Below are positions 32,247 through 41,617 of a DNA stretch of 56,411 nucleotides, piece by piece. The notes under the pieces were generated by a model. That model was not told the DNA's origin. It made no database searches and worked only from the letters and a program-made list of their open reading frames with translations. Where the stretch lies: assembly GCA_041389985.1 (NCBI GenBank), contig JAWKQS010000026.1, forward strand, positions 1 to 56,411. Direction: 5' to 3'. Positions within the stretch are counted from its first letter, which is position 1, and the number at the start of each line of letters is the position of its first letter. A program made the translations under genes and the position numbers. This DNA comes from a bacterium. GTDB lineage: Bacteria; Myxococcota_A; Bradymonadia; UBA7976; UBA1532.

Positions 32247-35200
32247 CAGCGCGCGCTCCTCCAGTCCGACACGATGCGGCGCCGCACCGCCTGCTCCTCC
32301 GCCTCCAGCCACAGCCGAAGCCGCCCGCCGCCATGGGCGCGGGTGTCGGCGAGGGCGTCCACGACGCGCTCGACCAGCAGGAACCGGTGCAGGCGGAAGT
32401 ACCGCTGCGTGGTGAAGTTGTCTCGAAAAACCTCTAGAGATTCCAATGCCTTGCCCCCCGCGATCTCGCGCGCCGAGACCGGCCACGCGCGCAGGGTGCC
32501 AAACAGCACGCTCGCCCCCTCGAACCGGGCGATGGGGTCGAGGTGCGGGCCGTAGAGCGACTCCTCGATCTCGGCCAGGGTGCGCTCGGCGGCCGGGTGA
32601 TCCCCCAGCAGGCGGAAGCCGTCGGCGACGAAGACCGCCACCTTCGTCGCCTCGCGGTGGCCGCGGCGGGCGACGTCGCGCAGCGAGAGCAGGAAGCGCT
32701 CGGCCTCGCCGCCCAGGCCGATGCGCCGCAGGGCCGCCATGGCCGGCTCGACCGCGCGCAGGATCTCGGCGATGGACTCCATCTCGGGGAGCTGCTGCAC
32801 GAAGAGCTCGATGAGGCCGTGGACGCTGGCCTCGTCCTCCAGCAGCGCCGCCGCCCGCAGGATGGAGCCGATGGCGGCGGCGCGGTGGCCGGGGATGTGC
32901 AGCCGCTCCAGCGTGGTGAAGGCGGCGTCCCGGCACTCGGCGATGAGGCCGTCGCGGCCCGTGCCGAGGGCCAGAGTCAAGGCGCCGTCCAGCAGATCCG
33001 CCACCAGGTAGTCATGGCCGAAGCCCGGGTCGCGCAGGGCCGCGGGGATGCCCTCGGGGGTCTCGGCCAGGTCTTCGAGGCGGGCGAGGACGCGGCTGTC
33101 CACCCGGCTCGGCGCGGCAGTGCCCTCGGCCAGCCAGACCGACCGCTTGCGCGCGAAGTCGACGGCGGCGCGCTCCCGGGCGCTGAGGCCCTGCACCGCG
33201 TCGGCCACCGCGCGCTGCCAGAGCGTCTCGGCGTCGGCCGAGCCCAGGCACTCGAGGCGGGCGAGGTACAGCCGCAGCAGCGCGCGCCCCGGCGGGTCGA
33301 ACAGGGGCCGCAGCTCCTCGACGTCATGGGCCAGGCTGCGGGCGCGGGCGGCGTCCCCGGCCTGGGCGAAGCCCACCGCGAAGATGGCCCGGTACAGGGT
33401 GGCCTGGAGGTCGAGGTCGTCCAGATCCCCCTCCACCCGCACCCACGCCGCCGCCAGGGCCGCGCGCTGGAGGTCGGAGGCGCTGCCCGGCACAGTGCCG
33501 TCGTCGCCACCCAGGGCCAGGCCGAGCCGGACGAAGCGCGGGGCGTCGAAGGCCTCCCGCAGGCCGTCCATGTTGAGGGCCCCCAGCAGCACCTCCCGGG
33601 CGCGGGTCAGGCCCAGCAGATCGCCCGTGGCGCCGTGCAGGCTGCGCAGCACCAGCCAGGCGAGGCGCCGCGACGCGGTGCAGTGTTGCTGCGCAAACCC
33701 CTGGATCAAAAGGGGTTGCAGGCCATCCATCAGGGCGTCTCGGCCGACGTCGGCGGTGGCAGCGGCGCCCAGGAGCGCCAGCGCGAGGGGCGCGGGCCGC
33801 TCGGCCGTCGCGGTCGTGAGCAGGAAGTCGGGCAGGCCCGCCGCCGAGACGCCGAGGCTGCGCGCGCGGGTGTCGACCAGGGCTGCCAGCGCGGGCATCG
33901 CGGCCGGGAGGTCGGCGGCGTGGAAGGCGGCGGCCTCCAGGCACAGGCCCGCATCATCGGGCTCGCCGAGCTGGTCGAGCAGCCGGCCGAGCTGCAGCCA
34001 GGCCGCAGAATCGGTCAGGCCGCCGGCGGTCACCCGCGCTTGCAGAGGCTCGGCGGCCAGGCGCCAGGCGCGGATCTGATCGGCCTCCGATCCCGCCTCG
34101 GCGACGGGCTCGGCCGCGATCGCCGCAGGCCGGGGTCGACGGGCGGGCGGCGTGCGGACCGGAGGTCGGGGCCGCACCGCCCGCTCCACGGGCCGGATGG
34201 AGCGATCGAGCTGGATGGCGGGCAGCACGAAGACCGCCTCCTCGAGCAGCGCATCCAGGGTGGCCCGGTTGTCGAGGGCCAGGTAGTCGACCAGCTCGCG
34301 GAGGGGCGCCTCGGGAGCGGGGCCGATGCGGAGGATGCGCGGACCGTCGCGGGTGGCCTCGACCAGCACCACCCCGTTCTCGGGGGGCTGGAGCACCGCG
34401 CGCAGGGCCTCCAGGCGCATCGGGGGCATCAGGCGCATCCCGGCCGGCACGAAGATGCGCTCCGCCCCCGCCACCCGGGTGTAGCCGCCGGTGCCCAGCA
34501 GGCCCGAGAGGCGGTCGGCGAGGCCGTCGTCCTCGCTGCCCGCCCGCAGCCGCAGGACGTAGCGGACGCCCGCGTCGCCCTGCATGCGGGCGAGCGTCAC
34601 GGCCCCCAGCCCCTCCAGGGGGGTGGCGTCCAGCAGGGGCAGCAGCGCCGGCAGCTCGTCCGCGCGGATGACCCAGAGGCTGGGCGGACGCGGCCGATCC
34701 AGCTCCAGCCGCAGGTGCACCGTGAAGCGCAGGGGCTCGCCCTCGGCGGCGCGGAGGAGGGCGACCGGGGCCGGCAAGGCGGCGTCGGCGAAATCGAGGA
34801 GGGGCCGCTGATCCCAGACTGCCGGCACGCCCTGCCAGCGGCCGTCGGCGTCGACCAGCGCCCCCGTCCCGGCGGCCGCGAGGCGCGCCGCGGCCGCCGC
34901 CGCGAGGGGGTGCTGCCAGCTCCAGGCCACCCACAGGTTCGAGTCCCGGTAGCGCGCGTAGGCCGTCACCGGCTCGCCGCCATCCCGGGCGCGGAGCAGC
35001 AGGTACAGGGGCGGGTGGGCCAGGCGCAGGGCCAGGACGGGGCCCGCCGGTCCCGCCCACTGCGTCAGCGTGGCGTCCGGGCGGGCCAGCCGCAGCAGCC
35101 GCTCGACGGTGCGGGTGGCCGCTGGGTCGTCGCCGGGCACGATGAAGCAGCCCTCCGCCGGCACCTCGTCATGGCCCGCCGCGAGCGGTCGCAGCGCCTC

Positions 35201-35461
35201 CAGCAAGTGGGTCGACGCCCGCACCTCGCCGGGGAGCCCCGCCTCGGGGGGGAGCTGGACCAGGGGCACGCCGGCGGCGATCGCCTCACTCGCAAAGTCG
35301 AAAAGCTGTTCCGAAACAACGAGATAGGAGCCATCTTCGAAGCCGCTGATCGTCTGCCAGGCGCCCTCGATGAGCGCAGGCCGGCCGCCCATGAGGGCGT
35401 CGAGGTGCGCGAGATCCGCCGGCCCCCCGGCCAGGCGCAGGCCCCAGACCGGCGGCTTCAC
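32246..35461 (-). CDS. Large (1071 aa) cytoplasmic protein: an N-terminal region of about 450 aa of unknown fold, then an alpha-helical repeat (TPR/HEAT-like) scaffold. Function unknown.
   Basis: Single clean ORF with consistent high GC3. The GTG start sits inside the GTGA overlap with the upstream small gene. No signal peptide or TM helix. Confidence 0.7.
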   Translation of the reverse strand: MKPPVWGLRLAGGPADLAHLDALMGGRPALIEGAWQTISGFEDGSYLVVSEQLFDFASEAIAAGVPLVQLPPEAGLPGEVRASTHLLEALRPLAAGHDEVPAEGCFIVPGDDPAATRTVERLLRLARPDATLTQWAGPAGPVLALRLAHPPLYLLLRARDGGEPVTAYARYRDSNLWVAWSWQHPLAAAAAARLAAAGTGALVDADGRWQGVPAVWDQRPLLDFADAALPAPVALLRAAEGEPLRFTVHLRLELDRPRPPSLWVIRADELPALLPLLDATPLEGLGAVTLARMQGDAGVRYVLRLRAGSEDDGLADRLSGLLGTGGYTRVAGAERIFVPAGMRLMPPMRLEALRAVLQPPENGVVLVEATRDGPRILRIGPAPEAPLRELVDYLALDNRATLDALLEEAVFVLPAIQLDRSIRPVERAVRPRPPVRTPPARRPRPAAIAAEPVAEAGSEADQIRAWRLAAEPLQARVTAGGLTDSAAWLQLGRLLDQLGEPDDAGLCLEAAAFHAADLPAAMPALAALVDTRARSLGVSAAGLPDFLLTTATAERPAPLALALLGAAATADVGRDALMDGLQPLLIQGFAQQHCTASRRLAWLVLRSLHGATGDLLGLTRAREVLLGALNMDGLREAFDAPRFVRLGLALGGDDGTVPGSASDLQRAALAAAWVRVEGDLDDLDLQATLYRAIFAVGFAQAGDAARARSLAHDVEELRPLFDPPGRALLRLYLARLECLGSADAETLWQRAVADAVQGLSARERAAVDFARKRSVWLAEGTAAPSRVDSRVLARLEDLAETPEGIPAALRDPGFGHDYLVADLLDGALTLALGTGRDGLIAECRDAAFTTLERLHIPGHRAAAIGSILRAAALLEDEASVHGLIELFVQQLPEMESIAEILRAVEPAMAALRRIGLGGEAERFLLSLRDVARRGHREATKVAVFVADGFRLLGDHPAAERTLAEIEESLYGPHLDPIARFEGASVLFGTLRAWPVSAREIAGGKALESLEVFRDNFTTQRYFRLHRFLLVERVVDALADTRAHGGGRLRLWLEAEEQAVRRRIVSDWRSAR

Positions 35462-35718
35462 CCCTCGCCCACCTTCTGCGCCTCCCGCCCGCCTTCGAGC
35501 GTCCCCACCGGCGTGGCGGCGCCCGCCCGGCCGTCGCGCTCCACCTCGATGGCGTCGGCGAGCGACGCGCGCGGGACGCCCAGCAGCGACTCCACCAGCG
35601 CCCGGTGATCGCGCTCGTGCTCATGGGGCAGCGCGTCATCCTCTGACTCGTAGTGGATGACCAGCACCCGCTCGCCCGTGCGCGGATCGTGGCGCAGCTT
35701 CAGCGTCACCTCAGCCAT
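35458..35718 (-). CDS. Small (86 aa) acidic/His-rich protein wedged between the FtsH-like gene and the 1071-aa gene. Function unknown.
   Basis: MAEVTLKLRHDPRTGERVLVIHYESEDDALPHEHERDHR.... It overlaps neighbours by 8 and 4 nt, so it is operon-embedded. Confidence 0.45.
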   Translation of the reverse strand: MAEVTLKLRHDPRTGERVLVIHYESEDDALPHEHERDHRALVESLLGVPRASLADAIEVERDGRAGAATPVGTLEGGREAQKVGEG

Positions 35719-37798
35719 GATCGCCTCCGAGGGCCCCCCGCAGGGCCGGTCCTTCGAGCACCTTGTGGGTCAGGAGCAGGTCGACCAGCGCCGTGTGCAG
35801 GGCCTGGTGCTGCTGGATGAGGCCGCGGGCCCGGGCGAGCTCCTCGGCGATGAGGGCGTCGATGGCGGCGTCGATGCGGCCGCGGCGGGCGTCGCTCTCA
35901 GGCTCGCCCTCCAGGCTGGCTCGCACGCCCGCGGCCGACATGCCGTAGTCCACCACCATCGAGCGCGCCATGCCGGCGACCTGCTTGAGATCGGCGAACG
36001 CCCCGATGGAGACGTCCCCCAGGACCACCTGCTCGGCCACGTAGCCGCCCAGCCCCACGCAGATCTCGGCGCGCATCTCGGCGCTCGTCACGGCGTAGGG
36101 CCGCGCCCGGGCCGCCCGCAGCACATACCCCAGCGCCCCCTCGAGGTCGGGGGAGATGGAGATGCGCTCGGGGGGCGTGGCCCCCGGCAGCAAGGTCGCG
36201 AGCAGCGCGTGGCCGGCCTCGTGGACGGCGATCACGTGCTCCTCCTGGCTCGACAGCACGACCGGCCGCCGCGACCGGCGCTCCAGGGCCCGATCTACGT
36301 CGTCCGGCGTGAACACCCCGTCGCCGGTGCGCAGGGCCTGGCGCTTCAGCGCGCGGCAGACGGCGTAGAGGTGGTCGCCGGTGTAGGGCAGCCCCTGGCT
36401 GCGATCGGCCAGGCCGTCCGTGCGGCGGACGAGGTGGTCCACCAGCGCGGGGGCCAGGGACAGGCCGAGCTTGCGGTCGTAGATCTCGATGATCGCGCGG
36501 CGATCCGCCGGCTCGGGCGCCGGAATCTCGATCAGGAACTCGAAGCGACCGGGGCGCAGCAGGGCCCCATCCACGGACTCCAGGAAGTTCGTGGTGCCCA
36601 CCACGAAGACCATCTCGTTGCGCCGGAAGCCGTCCATCTCGGTGAGGAGCTGGTTGACCATGGAGTGCTCGACGCCCGAGCCGGAGTAGGTGCCGCGCCG
36701 CTGGGCGAAGGCGTCCAGCTCGTCGAAGACGATGACCGAGGGGGCCGCCGCCCGCGCCTGGCGGAAGATCCGCCGCAGGTTCTGCTCGCTCTCGCCCACC
36801 CACTTGCTCTTGAGCTCCGGGCCGCTCACCACCAGGACGGTAGCGTCCAGGGCCGTGGCCAGGGCCTTGGCGAACCAGGTCTTCCCGGTGCCCGGCGGGC
36901 CATGGAAGATGATGCCGCGGGGCAGCAGGGCCTCGAGCTGCTCGATGTCGTCCACCGCCTCCAGCGCGTCGCGGCGGCGCACCAGGTCGATGATCTCTTC
37001 CCGCAGGCGCTTCTTCACCTCGGGGTAGCCGCCCACGTCCCGGTCCAGATCGACCTGCGGGAGATCGACCCCGTCGGAGGTGGTCTGCTGGCGGATGAGG
37101 CGGTAGATCGAGCTGGCCCGGTCCTGGCCCGGCATGGCCTCGCGCCGCAGGGCGAGCTGGCCCAGGAGCTTGCGGCACCGCACCGGGTTCTGCCCGGAGA
37201 CGTACTTGTAGAGGGCGAAGGGATCAAACGCATCTGCCCGGATTGACAGTGCTTCTCGGCGCGTCACCAGGCGCGGGAGGGCGTCGCGGGGGATGCCGGT
37301 GACGGCGCGCACGGCGCCGAAGACCTGCTCGATCACGCCCGGCAGCGGGAAGCTCGGATCCCGGAAGCCGAGGAGCAGGGCCTCGGGGTTCTCGTAGAGC
37401 AGCGGGATGACCTCGCGGGCCTCGAAGGTCAGGCCGGTGTGGGTGGTCGCGAGGACGTCCAGATGGGGCAGCACCAGCAGCAGCCGCTCCACCGAGCCCC
37501 GGATGGCGTCGGTCAGGTGGGCCAGGGTGTTCTGCAGGCCCGTGCGCCCCGCCTCGTTCTCGTTGCGGGGGCGGCCGTCGATGAGCTGGATGCGCGGCGC
37601 GTCGGGCACCTTGCGCAGGCGGTTGCGCACGGCGAGGTAGAGGTGGAGCGACAGCTCCTTGTCACACTCGACCAGGACGCTGGTGCCCTGCCGCAGGCGG
37701 CCCTCGATGAAGGCGATGTCGTCGGCGCAGGCCGCCTCCACCGCCTGATCGATGGTGACGTCGGTGGGCAGCGACTCGAGGGGGAGCGTGCGGCGCAC
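35711..37798 (-). CDS. FtsH-like AAA+ ATPase fused to an M41 zinc peptidase, but with no transmembrane anchor. It has a roughly 300-aa N-terminal region of unknown function.
   Basis: Walker A GIIFHGPPGTGKT. Walker B VIVFDELDA. Sensor / Arg finger TNFLESVDGALLRPGRFE. HEXXH is HEAGHALL. No hydrophobic helices in the N-terminal 300 aa. Confidence 0.85.
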   Translation of the reverse strand: MRRTLPLESLPTDVTIDQAVEAACADDIAFIEGRLRQGTSVLVECDKELSLHLYLAVRNRLRKVPDAPRIQLIDGRPRNENEAGRTGLQNTLAHLTDAIRGSVERLLLVLPHLDVLATTHTGLTFEAREVIPLLYENPEALLLGFRDPSFPLPGVIEQVFGAVRAVTGIPRDALPRLVTRREALSIRADAFDPFALYKYVSGQNPVRCRKLLGQLALRREAMPGQDRASSIYRLIRQQTTSDGVDLPQVDLDRDVGGYPEVKKRLREEIIDLVRRRDALEAVDDIEQLEALLPRGIIFHGPPGTGKTWFAKALATALDATVLVVSGPELKSKWVGESEQNLRRIFRQARAAAPSVIVFDELDAFAQRRGTYSGSGVEHSMVNQLLTEMDGFRRNEMVFVVGTTNFLESVDGALLRPGRFEFLIEIPAPEPADRRAIIEIYDRKLGLSLAPALVDHLVRRTDGLADRSQGLPYTGDHLYAVCRALKRQALRTGDGVFTPDDVDRALERRSRRPVVLSSQEEHVIAVHEAGHALLATLLPGATPPERISISPDLEGALGYVLRAARARPYAVTSAEMRAEICVGLGGYVAEQVVLGDVSIGAFADLKQVAGMARSMVVDYGMSAAGVRASLEGEPESDARRGRIDAAIDALIAEELARARGLIQQHQALHTALVDLLLTHKVLEGPALRGALGGDHG

Positions 37799-37802
37799 CG
37801 GG

Positions 37803-38345
37803 TCAGACCTTGACCTTGATGGTCAGCTCCAGGCCGCCAGCCTCGTCGGTGCGCTCGTCGATGCTCGTCACCTCGCCCAGGCGGGCCGCCTTCTCTTTCA
37901 GGGCCCGGACGTAGATGCGCTGCACGTGATCGGCGAGGCTCCCCTGCAGGTCGGCCTCCGCCCGGTCGAGCCGCTGGGCCAGCTCCGCGGCCAGCCGCTC
38001 ACGGGCCGCCACCTCGTTGCGCGACAGGGCCTGCTGGGCCTCGACCTGGGTGTCGGCGGTGGCCTGGACCGCCCGGGTCCCCTCGATGCGCAGCTGGACG
38101 CTGCGGCCGTCGGCGGCGAGGCGCGCCTCTGCCCCCCCGGGGAGTTGCCGGACCAGGCCGCCGTCCGCGCTGGGGGACCACCCGTCGTCGCAGAGCGCCT
38201 CACGCAGCAGGGCCACCATCTCGGCCTCGGGCAAGATGGGCAGCAGCTCGACACCCAGCTCCAGGCGATCGGAGGCCGCCACGGTGCCCCGCTCGGTGAC
38301 CCGCGTCACCGCCTCACGCCAGCGAATCCGGTAGCCCCGGCTCAT
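37803..38345 (-). CDS. Hypothetical protein of 180 aa, whose stop overlaps the FtsH-like gene start.
   Basis: Clean ORF MSRGYRIRWREAVTRV...LELTIKVKV*. Confidence 0.5.
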   Translation of the reverse strand: MSRGYRIRWREAVTRVTERGTVAASDRLELGVELLPILPEAEMVALLREALCDDGWSPSADGGLVRQLPGGAEARLAADGRSVQLRIEGTRAVQATADTQVEAQQALSRNEVAARERLAAELAQRLDRAEADLQGSLADHVQRIYVRALKEKAARLGEVTSIDERTDEAGGLELTIKVKV

Positions 38346-38355
38346 GGTGCCCCCC

Positions 38356-39752
38356 TCAGCCGATCACCCCGGCGGCCGTCCGGCGGGCGGCCGCGAGGCT
38401 CGCCGTGACGTCGGGGGGGTGGTGTGCGGCGTAGTCTGCCAGATAGAGCTGCGCCTCGGCATGCTGATCGTCGCCGTAGCGCACCTGCCCCAGGGCGTCG
38501 CGCAGCTCGGCGAGCCGCTCGCCCAGCCCGTAGAGGAGCACCGCGGCGTCCCGCCCCTGGTCCCGTGGGGTGCGCTGGGCCGCGAAGCGCTCCCGCAGGC
38601 GCCCCGGGGGGACGAGCTCCAGCAGCTCCGCCGTGACCACGAGCGCGGAGGTGGCCAGATCCAGGCGCCGCGCCTTCTCCAGGGCCCGCAGCCACTGGTG
38701 CAGCACCGTGGCGACGGAGGCGACGGCGCTGGCCGCCTCGGGCTCCCCCGCCAGCCCCCGCAGGCGGCGACGCCAGGCGGCGACCAGGGGCGCCTGCCAG
38801 CACTCGATCAGCCGCACCGCCCGCGGGGCGAGCAGCCGCGCCAGATCGGCGGGGGTCACGGGCGCCAGGTCCTCCAGCGCCAGCAGGGGCGAGGCAGCCC
38901 GCAGGCGGCTCTGCACCTCGTCGTCGGCGCCGGCCAGCCCCTGGGCCAGCAGGCCGGGCGCGATCTGGCGCACGAAGAGCCAGTCCCCGGGCTCGGTGTC
39001 GCTCACCTGCAGCCAGCGCCGCAGGATCTTGCGCCGCTCCCGCTCCCCCGACCGCTGCACCGCCGGCACCTCGATGACCCCCTGCGTCCACAGCCGGGAG
39101 GTGCCGCTGCCGTAGCTGAGCTGGAAGTCGCCCACGAGGGCGGCATCCCACAGGCGGCCCCGCACCCGCTGGCCGTCGCGCAGGACGGTCCGGGGCAGGT
39201 GGCCGCCGGCCCGCAGCAGAGCGGCGAGGCCCGTGCGGGCGATGAGCCGGCCGCCCGCCTCCAGGACCGACAGGCTGGGCCGCCGCTCCTGCTCCAGGGC
39301 AGCCTGCCCCTCCGCCGTGGAGGTGAACCGCTGGCCGCTCAGCAGCGCCCCCAGGAAGGCCAGGCGCTCGGCGTCGGCGGGGCCGGGCCGGCGAGCGTCG
39401 CCAAGGGCAACCCTCCGACTTCACTGAGGATTCCGGGACCGGGCTCGCCGAGCAGCCGCGTCTGCTGGCCGGCGGGGAAGAGCTCCACGGTGGGCGCCGC
39501 CGCGGCCGGGGCGTGCCCGCGTGCCACCGGCAGGCTCCCGGCCGCGGCCTGGAGCGCCGCCACGGCCGCCTCGTCGGCGGGCAGGAGGACCACCAGGCCA
39601 TCGGCCCCGAGCCGCCGCGCCCGACCCACGAGGGCCGCCGGATCCATGACCTCTCCACCGGATGCCGCGAGCTGGATGGCGAGCTGGCGGCCGCCCCCCG
39701 CCGCCCGGGTGAGCGGGAAGATCGCCCGCACGCGCACGGTCGCCTCGGTCAA
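38356..39752 (-). CDS. Hypothetical protein of about 465 aa. The TTG start overlaps the stop of the upstream beta-propeller gene (TTGA). At least one frameshift lies near 39330-39340.
   Basis: N-terminus MTEATVRVRAIFPLTRAAGGGRQLAIQLAAS... (tail of ORF 39339..40703). Continuation in ORF 38356..39165. Confidence 0.4.
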
Positions 39753-40884
39753 GGGGGGCCCCCGTCGGCGGGGATCCCCGCGTCCGGGGCGTCCTCCGGG
39801 CAGACCACCTCGAAGACCTGCACCGCGTCGTCGGTGGCCACCGCGAACCGTCGGCCCTCGGCGGCCACGTGGTGGGCGGGGGTGGCGGTCGACGCGGCCA
39901 GCCAGACCGTCGGGGCCTCGGGCGCCTGCAGATCCACGATCAGCGCGCCGTTGCCGGCGACGACCACCCCCAGGTCGCGGCCCAGGAGCGCCACGTCGGC
40001 GACGGGCTCGGCCGGCAGGAAGGTGGCGAGGCGGGTCGGCCCTCCGGGCAGCAGATCGATGATCCCCGCGCCGGCCGGGCCCTCCGCGAGCAGCACCCGG
40101 TCGCTCTGCAGGGCCACCCCCTCCGCCCGCCCGGCCGTCTCCAGCAGCACGTCGGCGCGGCGGACGGGCCCCGCGTCGGTGAGATCCACGAGGGCCAGCC
40201 CGGCCAGGCCATCGGCCACGGCCAGCAGCGTCCCCTGGCGAGCCAGGGCGGAGGCGCGGCCCGGCGTGTCGGCGCGCCCCGTGCGGGAGGGCGCCGACCA
40301 GTCGCCCGGCTGCACCACCTCGATGCCCTTGGCGTAGGAGGCCACGAACACGCGCCCGCCCTGGAAGACCACGCCCCGCACCTCGTCCGAGGCCGCCCAG
40401 GCCACCCCGACGGGGGCGCCGCTGGCCCGATCCAGCGCCCGCACGACGCCGGCCTGCTCCCCGATCACGATGCGGTCGGTGGCCACGGCCAGGTGGTCGA
40501 CGCTGCCCTCTTCCCCCTCCAGGTGGCGCTCGAGGCGCAGGGACGGCGGCAGAGGAAACGCCGAAAGATCCCAGATTTCGAGACCTTCGAGTCCCTTGGC
40601 GATGTAGAGCTCGCCGTCCACGAGGGCGACGGCGTGGGGGCCGACCGCGACGGGGATGGGATCGCCGGCCACCAGCTCGGCGGCGGGGCGCCCGAAGACG
40701 CAACGGCCCGCGGCGCAGGTGGCCGTCGTGCAGGGGTCGTCATCCTGGCAGTCGAGGGCGCCGTCGCAGCCCAGGCCGGCGTCGGTGAGGGCCGCGTCCG
40801 CGGCCGCGTCGCGCACGTCGGCTGCCCCGTCGTCCTGGCAGGCGACGGCGGCGGGGAGCGCGAGGGCGATCAGGAGGAGGGCGG
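39749..40884 (-). CDS. Lipoprotein with LVIVD-type beta-propeller repeats.
   Basis: Signal (M)RRPALLLIALALPAAVAC from a TTG start. Repeated ...GxxVxVAxxxxGLxIxDL... units. The first about 220 aa of ORF 39749..41623 are a shadow of the plus-strand outer-membrane protein gene. Confidence 0.6.
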
Positions 40885-41023
40885 GGCGTCTCAAGGTGCG
40901 GGGAGTATAGCCAGGGGCTCTGGTGGACGGAACCGGGTGGACGGAACCGATCGGACCGTTCGAAGAGGTGTTCGGCTTCGGTCGGGGACGCAGTATACTC
41001 CCGCGGTCCTGAGCGGAGGAAGC
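40885..41023. promoter_or_regulatory. Divergent intergenic region that should hold promoters for the minus-strand operon and the plus-strand outer-membrane protein cluster. It contains a tandem direct repeat GGTGGACGGAACCG x2 (40912-40939), bracketed by an 11-bp inverted repeat GGGGAGTATAG / CAGTATACTCCC (about 40889 and about 40990).
   Basis: Repeats read directly from the sequence. The region is flanked by two divergent starts. Confidence 0.4.
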
Positions 41024-41617
41024 ATGCGCATCCCTGGCTGGCCGGCCCTCGTGGCGCTCCTGGCGCTCGGCGCGACCGCGGCGCATGCCGACGGGCCGCT
41101 GCCGGCCCGGGCGGTGCAGAACCGCACCCACACCCAGACCCACGAGTTCACCGTCGCGGTGGGCAGCCTGCCCCTGGACGCCTTCCGCAAGGGCGTCACC
41201 CTCAGCGGCGCCTACACCCTGCACTTCACCGACCTGTGGGCGTGGGAGGCGGTGCAGTACACCTACAGCTACCCCATCTCCACCGATCTCGAGGACGAGC
41301 TGCGGGCCTACGACCTGCGGCCGACGCCCTTCGAGCGGCTGGAGTCGTACGTGGCCAGCAACGTCGTGCTCAAGCCACTGTACTTCAAGGGCGCGTGGCT
41401 CAACGACCACCTCACCTTCGGCGAGCTGCTCTTCCTGGCGGGCGGCGGGTACGGCTGGCTGACGCGGACGGCGCGGCCCATGGTGGACGCGGGCATCGCG
41501 ACGCGCATCTACGCCACCGAGTGGGTCTCCTTCCGGCTCGATGTGCGGGGCATGTCCTTCTTCAACGCCGACGACTTCCACAACGAGCTGTGGATCGGCC
41601 TGGGTGTCTCCCTTTGA
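41024..41617 (+). CDS. Small outer-membrane beta-barrel protein (197 aa).
   Basis: RBS GGAGGA then ATG. Signal MRIPGWPALVALLALGATAAHA. Alternating amphipathic strands and a C-terminal aromatic-rich end ...ELWIGLGVSL. Confidence 0.7.
   Translation: MRIPGWPALVALLALGATAAHADGPLPARAVQNRTHTQTHEFTVAVGSLPLDAFRKGVTLSGAYTLHFTDLWAWEAVQYTYSYPISTDLEDELRAYDLRPTPFERLESYVASNVVLKPLYFKGAWLNDHLTFGELLFLAGGGYGWLTRTARPMVDAGIATRIYATEWVSFRLDVRGMSFFNADDFHNELWIGLGVSL

Noticed and set aside
31254-32936. ORF-track version of the RavA-like gene with a 230-aa Arg/Pro/Gly-rich N-terminal extension.
   Set aside because: The extension is a frame shadow of the upstream 1071-aa gene. The real start is the ATG inside the TGATG overlap at 32246.
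39869-41617. 582-aa plus-strand ORF.
   Set aside because: Only the last 197 aa (from ATG 41024, with RBS and signal peptide) form the outer-membrane beta-barrel gene. The upstream roughly 385 aa are a shadow of the minus-strand beta-propeller gene.
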